DNA from: Malacoraja senta
Taxonomy: Eukaryota
Reading direction: 5' to 3'
Length of the DNA stretch: 64,000 nucleotides
NCBI GenBank assembly: GCA_038087875.1
Contig: JAXLNO010000438.1
Coordinates: 558,001 to 622,000, forward strand
Shown here: positions 51,700 to 63,440 of the stretch, piece by piece
How the letters are laid out: every line of letters begins with the position of its first letter
Numbering within the stretch: position 1 is the first letter of the stretch
Notes under the pieces: model-generated
Seen by the model: only the letters and a program-made list of their open reading frames with translations
Databases searched by the model: none
What the model was told of the DNA's origin: nothing
Position numbers and translations under genes: made by a program

Positions 51700-52760
51700 T
51701 TTCCAGTAATAAAAACACTGGGAATACTCAGCGTAACTGATAACTTCATCAGAACCAGAAAAAGTTGGAATTGAAACGGATTTAGTGTTGAAGAGAACGT
51801 GGGGAGGGACAGTGGAAATAAAGGGGAAGGTCTGTGACACAGGGAGGCCAGGAGAAACTGAACACGTGATGCCTGCAGATGGAGATTGCCAACGTGCGTC
51901 AGGATGAGGTACAATTAGGAGGTGATGAATGAAATATGAAATACGAGAAGAGAATTGGGGGATAAAACAAACTCAACATTGAAAATGTGAGATAAAAGAC
52001 TGGAATAACTGGTTATATGAAATTGTTGAACTCAAATAGAAGTCCTGAGGCCTGCATTGCTTCAGGCTGGAAGATGTTACACCATTCCCGAGGTTATATT
52101 GAGCTTTGCTGGAACACTGTCGGAAACCAAGGTCAGAGAGGTCAGAGTGGTAATGAGATGGAAAATGAAAGTGGCAATCAATTGGAAGCTCCGGATCACC
52201 ACTACTGACTGAATTTAAGTGAACTACAAAGCAGTTTGGTTTCCCTCGTGTGGAAGAGATGACATTGTGAGTAAAAAATGCAGAACACTAGAGTGGCATA
52301 CAAGTCAATCAACCTTGTCTGGAAAGAATGGATACTAGATACCAATTTATCCATTGAAATTGATTCAGAGAGGTCAAGAAAGAGACAAAGAGTCAGAGAA
52401 AAGCCAGATGAAAGTGATCCCAAGGTGAAAATTGACATTAAGGGTGATTAAATCTTTTTGTCTTGTAGCACAGTAGGACATCGCATCAATGAAGTCAATG
52501 ATGCATAGGATAAAGCAGTAAGGAAGGAGACTGACATAAGGAATGTTCCCCTAATTTTGCAAAGAGACCAGTGTAGCCAGGCCCCATATAGATTCCCATA
52601 GTCATGCTTTTGATTTGGAGGAAACGAGTCGGGTTAGAGAATGTTGTTCAATGAGATAACATGTTATGCAGGTAAAGATGGATAGTAATGCAAGGAGCCT
52701 GGTTGGACCTCTGCTACGAGAAAAAGGAAAGAACCCTCTGGCCATCCTGGTGTGTAAATA
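51700..52760 (-). mobile_element. old Penelope-like remnant
   Basis: Purine-rich + strand with decayed similarity to the inverse of 22989-24070 (e.g. GGTCAGAGAGGTCAG region); boundaries approximate. Confidence 0.45.
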
Positions 52761-52869
52761 TGCAAAGAGAGAAGTCCATTTTGGACCGGGACACAGCAAG
52801 TATTGGATTTTGCAGAAACAAAATAGTGTAGATGCTGGTTAATACTCAAGTAATTTGTATCCTTTTGTG

Positions 52870-53222
52870 TAACTCAGAAGGTCAGACAGCATCTCTGGAG
52901 AACATGGATAGGTGACGTTTCGGGTCGAGACCCTTCTTCAGACTCCCTTAGCGTCTCAACCTGAAATATCACCTGTGCATAAGAGTTTAAGAAGGAACTG
53001 CAGATGCTGGAAAATCGAAGGTAGACAAAAGTGCTGGAGAAACTCAGCGGATGCAGCAGCATCTATGGAGCGAAGGAAATAGGCAACGTTTCGGGCCGAA
53101 ACCCTTCTTAAGACTGATGTGACATATCACCTGTGACATATCACCTGTGCATATCACCTGTGCATGTTCTCCAGAGATACTGCCTGTTCTGTTGAGTTAC
53201 TCCAGCACTTTGCGTCCATTTT
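52870..53222. mobile_element. nested cluster of three Penelope terminal repeats
   Basis: Minus copy 52870-52944; plus copy interrupted by a second-subfamily minus copy (~52985-53118); duplicated ATATCACCTGTG(A)C units. Confidence 0.8.
52911..52944 (-). ncRNA. minimal hammerhead ribozyme motif (GUC triplet)
   Basis: Reverse complement AGT-CTGAAGA-A-GGGT(CTCG)ACCC-GAAA-C-GTC-ACC. Confidence 0.68.
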
Positions 53223-54269
53223 GTGTACTGTTGGATTTAGCATTGCTTTTACAGATTCAGCAAACCACTTGCTCACATATAAACTGAATGCATCAATGCC
53301 AGAAATGTTACTCAATAATAACTGTAGAAATTGTGTTGTTATTAGTTCTCCAAACACCCGACTCCAATAAAACGTTAGTTGCAAAGGTAGAGTTCACAAC
53401 AACTTGAAAAAAAAAGTAGTTTCTCAGTCATGATCCCCGTCAAAGAAAACGTTATATGCACGTATTTCAATCCATTTAGAGGAGTACTAATGATGAAATC
53501 ACAGACGAGGGTCTAATTATTTTTAGTCTGAATTTTTTCGCAAAACAAAGTCCTATTGTGGCTAGAACAATGTGAGTTGTACAAGCATACTACTTAGCGG
53601 ATGACTGTCAGGTGTTAACAGGCAAGCAATAAACGCTGTGTACCATTTATCAGTTTTATGGTAGGAACTGCCAAGTCCCAAACAATCCCTGCACATGCAG
53701 CCAAAATAAAGAAGTGCGAGATGATGGTTATTTAAAGTCCATGTTAAGACAGAATGCCTCAGAGCCTCTTGTTTTGGCATCTCATTCTTTCCTTCACTGT
53801 TTGGAATAACAATCCAAGGTTTACACACCAGAATTTAAAGGAGATTAACTACACTGCAATTGTTAATGGGAATGTTAATTTAAAGGATTATTCACTTGAC
53901 TATAAAGTCACTATCCATAAACAAATATCACTCATTTTCTCTAACTTAAAGCAGACAGGTAGCAATAATTTAGACTCTATAATTGCTAGCTAATAGGCTG
54001 CCTTATCCGTTATCGAGTTTATAGGTATGTTGTAAACTCCAATGCATAAGTCACCTCAGTTTATGTAACACACCTACAATTATGTTTGTTGATTTATTTC
54101 TTAGAAATGTCTAACATAAGTTTTGCTACAGAATATTCAGTTGAAATGTGGAGATACACCGGCAGACTAAACAGTGCACCAATTTCTACATAAACAGCAT
54201 AAATTTGTGAAATAGTAAATTAGTGGAAAGCAGACAATGAGACATGTCATTGTACACTTGCATCTAGAA

Positions 54270-55200
54270 ATATCTGGATTAGAAGAGAATGGGAACAGGA
54301 ACTAGCTATAAAAATCTCGAAAGAGAGTTGGGATAAACACCTGTTATATGTGCATAAATGCTCGATTAACGTAAGACATACTCTAATTCAATTTAAAATT
54401 TTACATAGATTATACTATTCGAAAGTTAAATGAAGTAAATTTTACCCAAATACCTCTTCTATCTGTGATAAATGCCTAACCCAAGAAGCAACTATAGCAC
54501 ATTCTTTTGTTTTTTGTATAAAAATCCAAAAATTCTGGAACTAAATTTTTGAAATTTTCACTAAATTATTTAAAATAAAACTGAAACCGAATGCAGAACT
54601 GATTATTTTTGGAACAATAGAAGCAAGTTTGGAGCTGACTTCGTTTCAAAGGAGTTTTCTTAATTATGGCTTAATAACGGCAAAAAAACGTATTCTGAAA
54701 TTTTGGAAAAATGCTCCCACGCCAACGACAAAAATGTGGATTTCTAATATGTCGGAATTGTTACACCTAGAAGATATGAGATTCCTCTTAGCAGGTAAAC
54801 CAGACCAATGCCAAAAGATTTGGTCTCCATTTATCGACTTATTACAAACATAGGGTGCAACAAAATGTTGATAATAAATGGTTTCAGGACCTGGCGAGGG
54901 GTGAGTAAAGATATGAAGTAATTACATCCCTTTCATATTGTCCTACCTTATCTTATGTTTTATTTTTTATTTTTCCTCCTTTTGGTTTTTCTCTTTTTTA
55001 AACTATTTCTTGTGGTTTAGGTCCATATGGGTGTTCCTGGACCACTCTTTCAATCACTCACTTACTATCTTTACTAACTCTTTCTATCCTTTTCTCTTAT
55101 TAAAGTTTAAAATAAGAAGTGGTACAAGAAAAGTATAAACTTACGTTATTGCAGATTACTGTAATGTACAATACTTCTAATAATTTTTTTTTTTTAATTA
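54270..55200 (+). mobile_element. L1 3' fragment
   Basis: LIQFKILHRLYYSK, ICDKC and NYGLITAKKRILKFWK..PTTKMW match the other L1 copies. Confidence 0.88.
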
Positions 55201-55489
55201 AGAAAAAGAAATATCTAGCTAACAAAATTCAATTTTTAGTGTCCTTTGAAGGTCTATATACGCCACATCAATGCACAACGATAGATTATTTTCATTATTC
55301 CATCGAGGATACTGATCGTTAGTCTAATTGCAACAAAGCTGATCTGGTTTTCATTTATTAACCATATTTTCCAAGTATAATTAATTGTATGCCAAATTAT
55401 TGCCTTCGGCAGTTGTATCATCACTATATTAGATCTACTGTTTGTTATAGCTGTGTAAATCAATTTCCTTTTTTTGAATGGACTTTAAT

Positions 55490-56270
55490 ACTTGCAGGAA
55501 CAAGGAAATGCAGATGCTGGTTTACAAAAAAAGGACACAAAGTACTGGAGTAAGGCGGTATCTTCGGAGTACATGGATAAGTGATGTTTTGGATCGGGAT
55601 CCTTCTTCACACCGAGTTTGGGGGTGGGGAGTAAGCTGGGAGAGAAGAGAGGTAGAACAAAGCGTGGCAGGTGATAAGTAGACGCAGGCAACAAAATGGG
55701 GGGGGGGGGGGGTGGTGGGGAGATATAGGCAGATGGTTGGGACAAAGAGCAGAGATTAAAACTAAAGGTGTGAGACAAATGGATTAAGAGTTGCAAATTG
55801 TGAAGCCAGAGAAAGGAATGTAGGTGGTTAGGAAGAGAAGAAATATGTGCATGTCCAGATAGGGCGCATGGGCATGGGGTGGGAGGAAGAAAGGGAGGTG
55901 TGGTGGTGAAAGGGGAGGGGGGGGGGGAGTTGTATGCGTTGTCTAAAATTGGAGAATGCAATGTTCGTACCATTGAGTTATAAGCTACCCAAAAGGAATA
56001 TGAGGTGCTGATCCGCTCTTCCCTGGATATAAGCAAGGGAGGATGTAAAGGGTCAGGTGTTACATCCCTTATGGTTGTCTAGTTGTGGTCCTGCACATGG
56101 AGAGGGGTTGCTTTTGGTGTGAATTGGTGAGTGAACCAAGACGTTGCGGGGGGAACGATCTCTGCAAAAGACAGAAAGGGGTGGAGATGAGAAGATGTGA
56201 CTGGTGCGATCACGTTGGAGATGATGGAAATGTCTGAGGATGATGCGTTTGATGCTTGCAGTTTTCCATC
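55490..56270 (-). mobile_element. decayed Penelope-like 3' portion with terminal repeat
   Basis: Minus peptide IILRHFHHLQRDRTSHIFSSPPLSVFCRDRSPRNVLVHS matches 23430-23550; terminal repeat at 55493-55612. Confidence 0.8.
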
Positions 56271-58031
56271 CTTTAGGCATAAATCCCACATCTAAGGAAA
56301 ACATTGTCTGAGCATTTACAATTTCCACACTCAGGTTTCTTAACAACGTCAGATTCATCTCAAATGAACAATGACTTCCTGCATCGTCAATGTTTTGCTT
56401 CCTCTTCTTTATTTGTTACCAGTTTCTTTCATTCCCCCATCCTCATTGTGATCTTGGCACTTTCCTCTTCTTGAGTGAAGATTGAATCAAAGTAAATACT
56501 ATGCACTTCAGCCATACTTCTGCAAGCTAACAGCCAGTTAAGCTCCTGTCCCACATCCTTCTCCCTTTTCTTTGGTCATACTTTTACTATTGCATGTTAA
56601 TAAAAATGTTTTGGTTTCCTTTTATGTTCCCTGCTGATCCTTATATATCTGCTGAACTTTTTGATTCTCAACTGATTTTTATAAGATGACTATCTGTATT
56701 GTAGTCGACTTTTTGGGTTATACTGTATGTTAAAACAATGGGCTAAATATTCTTCATCATGTTAGAAACAGCAATCCATGCCATGTATATATCTGTGGAC
56801 AATCTAGCCCTTTTGACATTCAATATTCTTCAATGACATGATAACGATTGCAAACAGCCAACTCTTTAATCTTTATTTTATTATCCCCATAGCATCAACT
56901 CAATAAGCATAATTCTGCGTTAAATATAGAGTTGTGAAGAACAGCAAGAACTGATACTTTTGTACATATTGCTCTTTTCACAATTGCAAACTCTTTATAA
57001 TCACTGACAATAAAACATATTTATTGTTGTACTATGGGGGAATTGATTTGTATCTTCTGACCAAGCAAGGTCCATCAAACAGCACAAGATGAATGAACAG
57101 TTATTCTGTTTTAACGACGTTGGTTATGGGATTTTAGCCAAACATTAGAACAGACTCCTCAGTTCTTCTTTGAATGACTCATGAAGTTATTATCATAGAG
57201 AGATACAGCAGAGAAACACGCACTTTAGCCCTCTGAGTCCATGCCAACCATCACCCACCCATTTAGATTAATACAGCTCTATTCAAGGACTCTTAACAAT
57301 GCAGTACTACATTGGTGTCATGAGATTATGTTCTTTACAACATGGACTTGTTAGCTCCACAACTTTCATATTCAAAGACCACTGTGTTACCATTTTACTT
57401 CGGAGTCACGTGAGTGACTACGTGAAGAACCCCGCCAGTGCGCCTGCGCGTCATTACGTCAGACGCCTTGACGCAAACGGACGTGAGGAGCAGAGCTCCT
57501 ACAGTGGTTTGTAGTTTTTCAACTACAAGGTAAGTAAAAACATTTTTCATGTTTTCCAGGTCCGTTTTCTGTGGGTCTATGGGGATTTTTTCCACAGACG
57601 CCATGGATAAAACGGAGAGGGGGAAGAGGCAAGCGACACAGCCGACAGAAAGTCGGGAAAGTCGGGAGTCCGAGGTTAGAGACCAACCGCCTCTAAACCC
57701 CGGTACAGTCGCCAGCGGAGAGCATAGCGACTATGGACCTGGGGCTGGTGAAAACACAGTCAGCGCCTGTCGGGCAAAAGACAACGTTTAAATCCCAACG
57801 GCCCACGGAGGGAGTCCCAGGCAATGGAAGTCGCTCTAGGGAGAAAGCCTTTTACACAGGCTGTTGGAGCAAAGTTCACTCAGGGAGGAGTGTACTGAAA
57901 GCCAAGCTGTTGGAAACAGCTCAAACAGCTCAAACAGCTCCTGGTACAGGGCTAGATACTGCTTTCGAGCGTATTGCCCAAATAGAAAGCCTTTTTCATA
58001 GGCTGTTGGAGCAAAGTTCACTCAGGAAGGA

Positions 58032-58800
58032 GTGTACTGTAATCCAAGCTGCAGGAGCAGCTTAACAGCACCTAGCTCAGGGCTGATGGAATGCACCCTC
58101 AGGAATGAGGAGCGTGCTACGGGTCATGAGATTTCAGACCCCGACTCTGACGGTGAGGCTGTACAAAGCGATGAACGGCAGCTGCCAGATGTTCCACCCC
58201 TGGCAGTAGGATTCGCTGCCCCGTCAGGGTCAGGAGAGCCATTAGGAGAAGAACTGGCCTCCTTAATAAATTACTTGGTTTACCATTAGCTGGAACAGCA
58301 GGAAATGGATGAGACTGCAAGAAGTAACTGTGGGTTGCTGAAAGCAGCAGCAGTGAACCAAATTATCTGGAATCAGTTGCAGAGAATATTAAAGCTGCTG
58401 TGTTCTGGAATAACTGCTTTTACCAGAATAGCAGGTAACAACCAAAAGATGACGAAGTTGCATCAGCAAGCACTGGGGTTGCTATGCAGCACCCACTTCG
58501 AGATCAATTATCTGAGGAAAGTGCTATACGGCCTACTATGAATCCGAAATTCGCAGCACTCTGCAAACCAAGTAATATACAATTACCCAACTTACTCTTT
58601 GGAGAGGATCTCGGGAGACGTATTAAAGAGTTGGAAGATGAAGCGAAAACAGGATTGATAAATACATCAATGGTTGCAAAGTCTGTAAAGAGGAAGTATC
58701 CTTTCAGACGTCATACGGATCCTAGACCAGGACCAAGTCGCTCATCAACGCAGGGATGTAGCTGGCGGCCTGCAGCGGGAGTAAGGACAAGTGGTTGTGC
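58032..58800 (+). pseudogene. DIRS gag-like ORF remnant
   Basis: IRPTMNPKFAALCK...LLFGEDLGRRIKELEDE, typical of DIRS1 ORF1, located upstream of RT; frameshifted. Confidence 0.6.
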
Positions 58801-58894
58801 TTCCGGGAGAATCCAGGGATCTCAGAATACTCAAATGACTCAAGAGGTAGGTGGACCTGGTTCTCAGGGGAACATACTAACTGGATTAAGCCCA

Positions 58895-60240
58895 AAAGTT
58901 GGAGGCAGATTACATCTCTTCTATAAACATTGGAAGAAGAGTACTTCAGATGTGGTAATTCTAAATAATATACAAGGATTTCGAATTGAATTCAATCCAA
59001 ATTATGATTTGCCTGTCCAGCATGTTCCTAGCAGAACTCTCCACTTTGCGAGTAATGGAGGTTCAAGTTGTGCTTCAAAACCCTATATATAAAAGGTGTT
59101 ATTAAAGAATCAGTCTACCAAATTCACCAATTTGGGTCAAATATATTCCCTCGATCAAAAAAGGATTGAGGATGTAGGATTATTATAGACTTGATAAGTC
59201 TGAATCCTTTTGTTCAGTGTCTGTTCATTTGCAAGATATGAAGTATTTTAAATTTACATGGATGAACCAATTAGGGCAGTTCAAAGCTCTGCCTAAAGGG
59301 TTAACATTCCCTTCCAGAATATTCATAAAAATCAATTCTGGGGTTGCTGAGAGCCAGGGGCATGTACTAATGGCATACCTGGATGATGTCCTGATTATAG
59401 GAAGGACAAAACAGTCAACAGAAGCATCGGTTGCAGTAATAAAATCAAACTTTTGAAAGTTTGGGGGTTTCTAAATTCATCCAAAGAAATCAAGGTTAAA
59501 AACATGTACCTCGATTGATTATTTGGGGTTCACAATTGAGTTAGCCCAAATGCAAATTACTTTGCCCAGTGAAAAAAGGGTGGAGTTGATTAAAGATTGC
59601 AGTAATCTGTTAAACGAGCAAAAACCTCTAATCAGACAGGTGGCTCGATTACTGGGAAAATTAGTAGATTCCCAGCAGTCCAGTATGGACAATCACATTA
59701 TCAACAGCTGCAGAGAATTAAAGAACAGGCACTGAGAGTAAATGCTGGTCATTTTGATTGAACCAAGCAAGTAACAACAAATGCTGTTTCTAAGCTGCAG
59801 TGGTGGATTCTACATGTCTCAAGCAGTTCAGGCAAAGTGCTGATTGAACAACCTTCCATGATATTACAAACTGATGCCAGTGCACTAGGATGGGGTGCAA
59901 CTGACTTAACATGGAGCTGCGGAGGCAGATGGAATCAGGAAAAGTTAGTGTTACTGCAGACATGGGGAATTACCTATTTGGAGCTTTTAGGAGGTTTCTA
60001 TGGGCTCCAAGCTTATGGTTCTAACACAACTAAAAGGAAGGTTCAAGTTCAAATTAATAAACACAACAGTAGTTGCCTATATTAATGATATGGGTGGAAT
60101 TAAGTCGGTGTCATGTGACAAAATGGTTAAATCAACTTGGGTCTTGGTGTATTGAAAAGAACATTTGGATTTCAGCTATCTATCTACCAGGTAGAATGAA
60201 CACGATAGCAGACACCTGGTCACGAAAAGTTCCATGATAA
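58895..60240 (+). pseudogene. DIRS reverse transcriptase and RNase H, disrupted
   Basis: VGGRLHLFYKHW, KKD*GCRIIIDL, QFKALPKGL, AYLDD, YLGF, QTDASALGWGA, ITYLELL; RT motif A region deleted near 59217. Confidence 0.88.
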
Positions 60241-60244
60241 TAAA

Positions 60245-60645
60245 GAATGGATGTTGAATCAAGAGGTATTCAATGATATAGTAATCAGATTTGGAATGAC
60301 CGACATCGACTTGAATCATCAGCTATTGAGATATGTCTCATGGAAACCAGATCCAGGAGCAGTGGCGATTGATGCTTTCTTGCTACATTGGGGTGGTATG
60401 TTTTCATATATATTTCCACCTTTCTGCCTCATAAGCCAATGTTTGCTTAAAATCAGGCAAGATGCTGCTTCAGGGGTATTGGTAGTACCAGATTGGCCTA
60501 TACAGCCATGGTATCCGTTGATATTAGAATTAACAACACAAATGTTGATGAAAGTCCCAAAAAGGAGTAATTTATTGCTGCACCCTGTAACAGGGTAACA
60601 ACATCCATTATATCATCGTTTGGATTTGTTGATTTGCAGGTTTTA
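60245..60645 (+). pseudogene. DIRS DNA adenine methyltransferase-like (MT) domain
   Basis: DIDL..NHQLLRYVSWKPDPGAVAIDAF..W....YIFPPF..I...L.KI......VLVVPDWP.QPWYP. Confidence 0.8.
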
Positions 60646-60649
60646 AGAA

Positions 60650-61600
60650 TGCCTTTTCTGGGACGAGGACTGTCTGAGCATACTGTGGACATGCTTACGG
60701 CAGCCGGGAGGAAGAGCACTCAAAAATAGTACCTTTCTTATATTAAGAAATGGGAAGAGTTCTGTGTACAAAAGAATGTGCAATAAAGTACTGCAGATAT
60801 TTCAAATGTTTAGAATTTCTGTCAAAACTTTATTATGATGAAGGTCTGAGTTGTAGTGCAATTAATTCAGCCAGAAGTGCATTGTCCTCATATTTGGTTC
60901 TGGATTCAGAAAGAAACTCAATTGGGTCACACCCAATTGTTTCCAGACTAATGAAAGGAATCTTTAATTCCAAACCACCGAAACCTAGGTACGTGACAAT
61001 CTGGGATGTAAGTGTGGTACTGAAACTACTTCGTGAATGGTCATCAAGTGTGTCTTTACCTTTGGTCAAGCTCAGTATGAAAGTATTCATGCTTATGGCA
61101 TGAGTGACAGCACAACGAGTGCAAACACTTGGAAAATTACAAATAGACAGTATGGAAGTAACTGAAGACAAAGTTACATTCTATATCTATGACTTACTAA
61201 AGTAAATTAGGCCAGGTGTGACAGGATTTAAAATTATGCTAGCAGCATATCCAAATGATCCATGTCTCTGTATTAAGACATATTTATTACAATACATTGA
61301 GGTCACAAAGAATTTGAGAATACGGAAACTGGGTTGTTGATCACACACAAGAAACCACACAAGAGAGTTTCAATACAGACTATTTCCAGATGGATAAAAG
61401 AAGTCTTAACAGCTGCTGGTATTAACACTTATGTTTTTACGTCTCACTCGACTAGGGCAGCAGAAACGTCGGCGGCCAGGGCAAAAGACGGCCCCGTCGA
61501 CCATATCCTCGCAGCCGCCGGGTGGTCCAATGAGTTGATGTTTCAACATTTTTACCATCGGCCTATTGTTAATGCGGGGTTGTTTGCAGAAACTATTTAA
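60650..61600 (+). pseudogene. DIRS tyrosine recombinase, disrupted
   Basis: SAINSARSALS, HPIVSRLMKGIFNSKPPKPRY..IWDV, TAQRVQ (R), SHSTR (HxxR), AAGWS, FQHFY (Y). Confidence 0.9.
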
Positions 61601-61780
61601 AGTTCTGTGTAAATTCCTCTGGTTTAAAGGGGATCTGATTCATTTCATTATTGAAATGAATTACTGCATTTGTGGTACAAATGTTATTATGAATGCATGA
61701 TTGATTATTCTCGTTCCGAGTCAATCTATGCAGTGAGAAGCCGGGATTGATCCACGGCATGAAATCACAAAGCTTTAAAA

Positions 61781-61894
61781 TCTTCACGTAGTCACTCACG
61801 TGACTCCGAAGTAAAATAGTAAGATTAAACGAGAACTTACCTAAGTTTGAAGTTTGATCTTTATTTTATGAGGAGTTACGTAGGTGATTACGTG
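61781..61894. repeat. DIRS internal complementary region (ICR)
   Basis: 61781-61817 is the exact inverse of 57392-57428; 61818-61894 is the exact inverse of 62047-62123. Confidence 0.95.
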
Positions 61895-62628
61895 CCCACC
61901 ACGACCCTACCCTCTATCATAAAGGTCAGATGGAAGTTCTTGTATTACTCGTTTTATTATGAGACTATATTACTTCGGTTGTTGTTTTTTGTGATTTCAC
62001 ACCGCTGCTTTGAAGATTGACGCGCAGGCGCACTGGCGGGGTTCTTCACGTAATCACCTACGTAACTCCTCATAAAATAAAGATCAAACTTCAAACTTAG
62101 GTAAGTTCTCGTTTAATCTTACTATTTAACATGTTGAAACAGAAGTAAAGATACACTAGAGCACAGAAACAGTAGAACACCAACACTATTCTCTCCTGCT
62201 ATCCCACATTTACCAAGTTCGTAAAATAAAAACCAGGAATAGATCGCACTTACTTTGGAAATATGTTCATCTCTTGCTTCAAAATAACAGATTGAAGAGA
62301 GTAATACAATAGCAAAGACCACAGTATAATATTATTAGATTAAGTTTTCTTAGTTATTCATTACTCTCTTTACTGAATGTGAAATTAATTTATACAGTGC
62401 ATGAAAGTGTTAAAATAAGCACAGTAATTCTCTGCAGAAATATATTTTAAGAATTGTATTTATACTCGAGTAATCTTTCATTAATGCTGTAAAAATATAA
62501 AATGCTGGAAATTATTAAATACAGGCAACAACACGGTCAGGGTGAATGAGACAGAATGTTTCAGGTCAGTGAAAATAGATAGAACACAAAAAAAAGTTAG
62601 AGTTATAACAGGCTTTAAACAAGTGCAG

Positions 62629-62857
62629 ATAGACACAAATGCTGGAGTAACTCAGCGGGACAAGCAGCATCTGTGGAACACCGGTCTCAACCAGAAAAGG
62701 GTTTCCGGTTGAGACCCTTCCTCAGACTCAGGAAGGGTCTCGACCCGAAACATCACCCATTCCTTCTCTCCAGAGATGCTGCCTGTCCCGCTGAGTTACT
62801 CCAGCATTTTGTGTGTATCTTCAAATTAAACCAGCATCTGCAGTTCTTTCCTACGCA
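62629..62857. mobile_element. head-to-head Penelope terminal-repeat insertion
   Basis: Minus then plus copy; 16-bp TSD CTTTAAACAAGTGCAG (62613-62628, 62858-62873). Confidence 0.88.
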
Positions 62858-63077
62858 CTTTAAACAAGTGCAGTTGCCCTTCCCTCCCTATGTACTCACT
62901 TAGCAAATCTGTTTCATCTCCCTCTCCACTTCTGATGAAAGGCCAACATCTATTTGTCTCTTCACAGATGTTGCCTGGCCTGATGAATATTTACAGCATT
63001 TTCAGTTTCTATTCAAAGTTTACTGGATCAGTAGTAATCTGCTATTTTTTCAATAATATGCATTTCTTTCTTTATAG

Positions 63078-63153
63078 AAATAATGAGATGGCCTATATTT
63101 TAGAAAGGGGCATTGAGGCATTTGATCATTACCTGCAACTAGTTAACGTATAA
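63078..63153 (+). CDS. candidate (terminal?) host coding exon NNEMAYILERGIEAFDHYLQLVNV*
   Basis: Strong acceptor catttctttctttatag followed by a helical protein-like frame ending TAA. Confidence 0.4.
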
Positions 63154-63440
63154 CTTTAATGGATTGCACAATTAACTGAAAATACATTCAAACTGGTGAG
63201 TTATGAAACTAAGCTTTATGTAAATATTTAAGAAGGATGCTAAGCAAATATCGGCTGGTTTGTATATACGTATTAACATGCATGCAAAACAAAAAAGACA
63301 TAGTTAAGTTATTGCAGAGAGAGTTATAACACATGCAAAGTTCTGAATAAGGGAAAAAAGGATATGGCATTATGGAAATTTCAATCAAATTGGATCAAAT
63401 GTTCCTTAAATATCTGAGTTAAGATGAGTCAACAAAAAGA

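Larger units (their letters stand above)
57392..62127 (+). mobile_element. DIRS1-type tyrosine-recombinase retrotransposon, full-length, coding-defective
   Basis: gag-RT-RNaseH-MT-YR remnants in order; ITRs 57419-57453 / 62018-62052; ICR 61781-61894 complementary to both termini. Confidence 0.95.

Noticed and set aside
60650..61600. Phage integrase / bacterial contamination
   Set aside because: YR and MT lie in canonical DIRS order within ITR/ICR termini, embedded in vertebrate repeats
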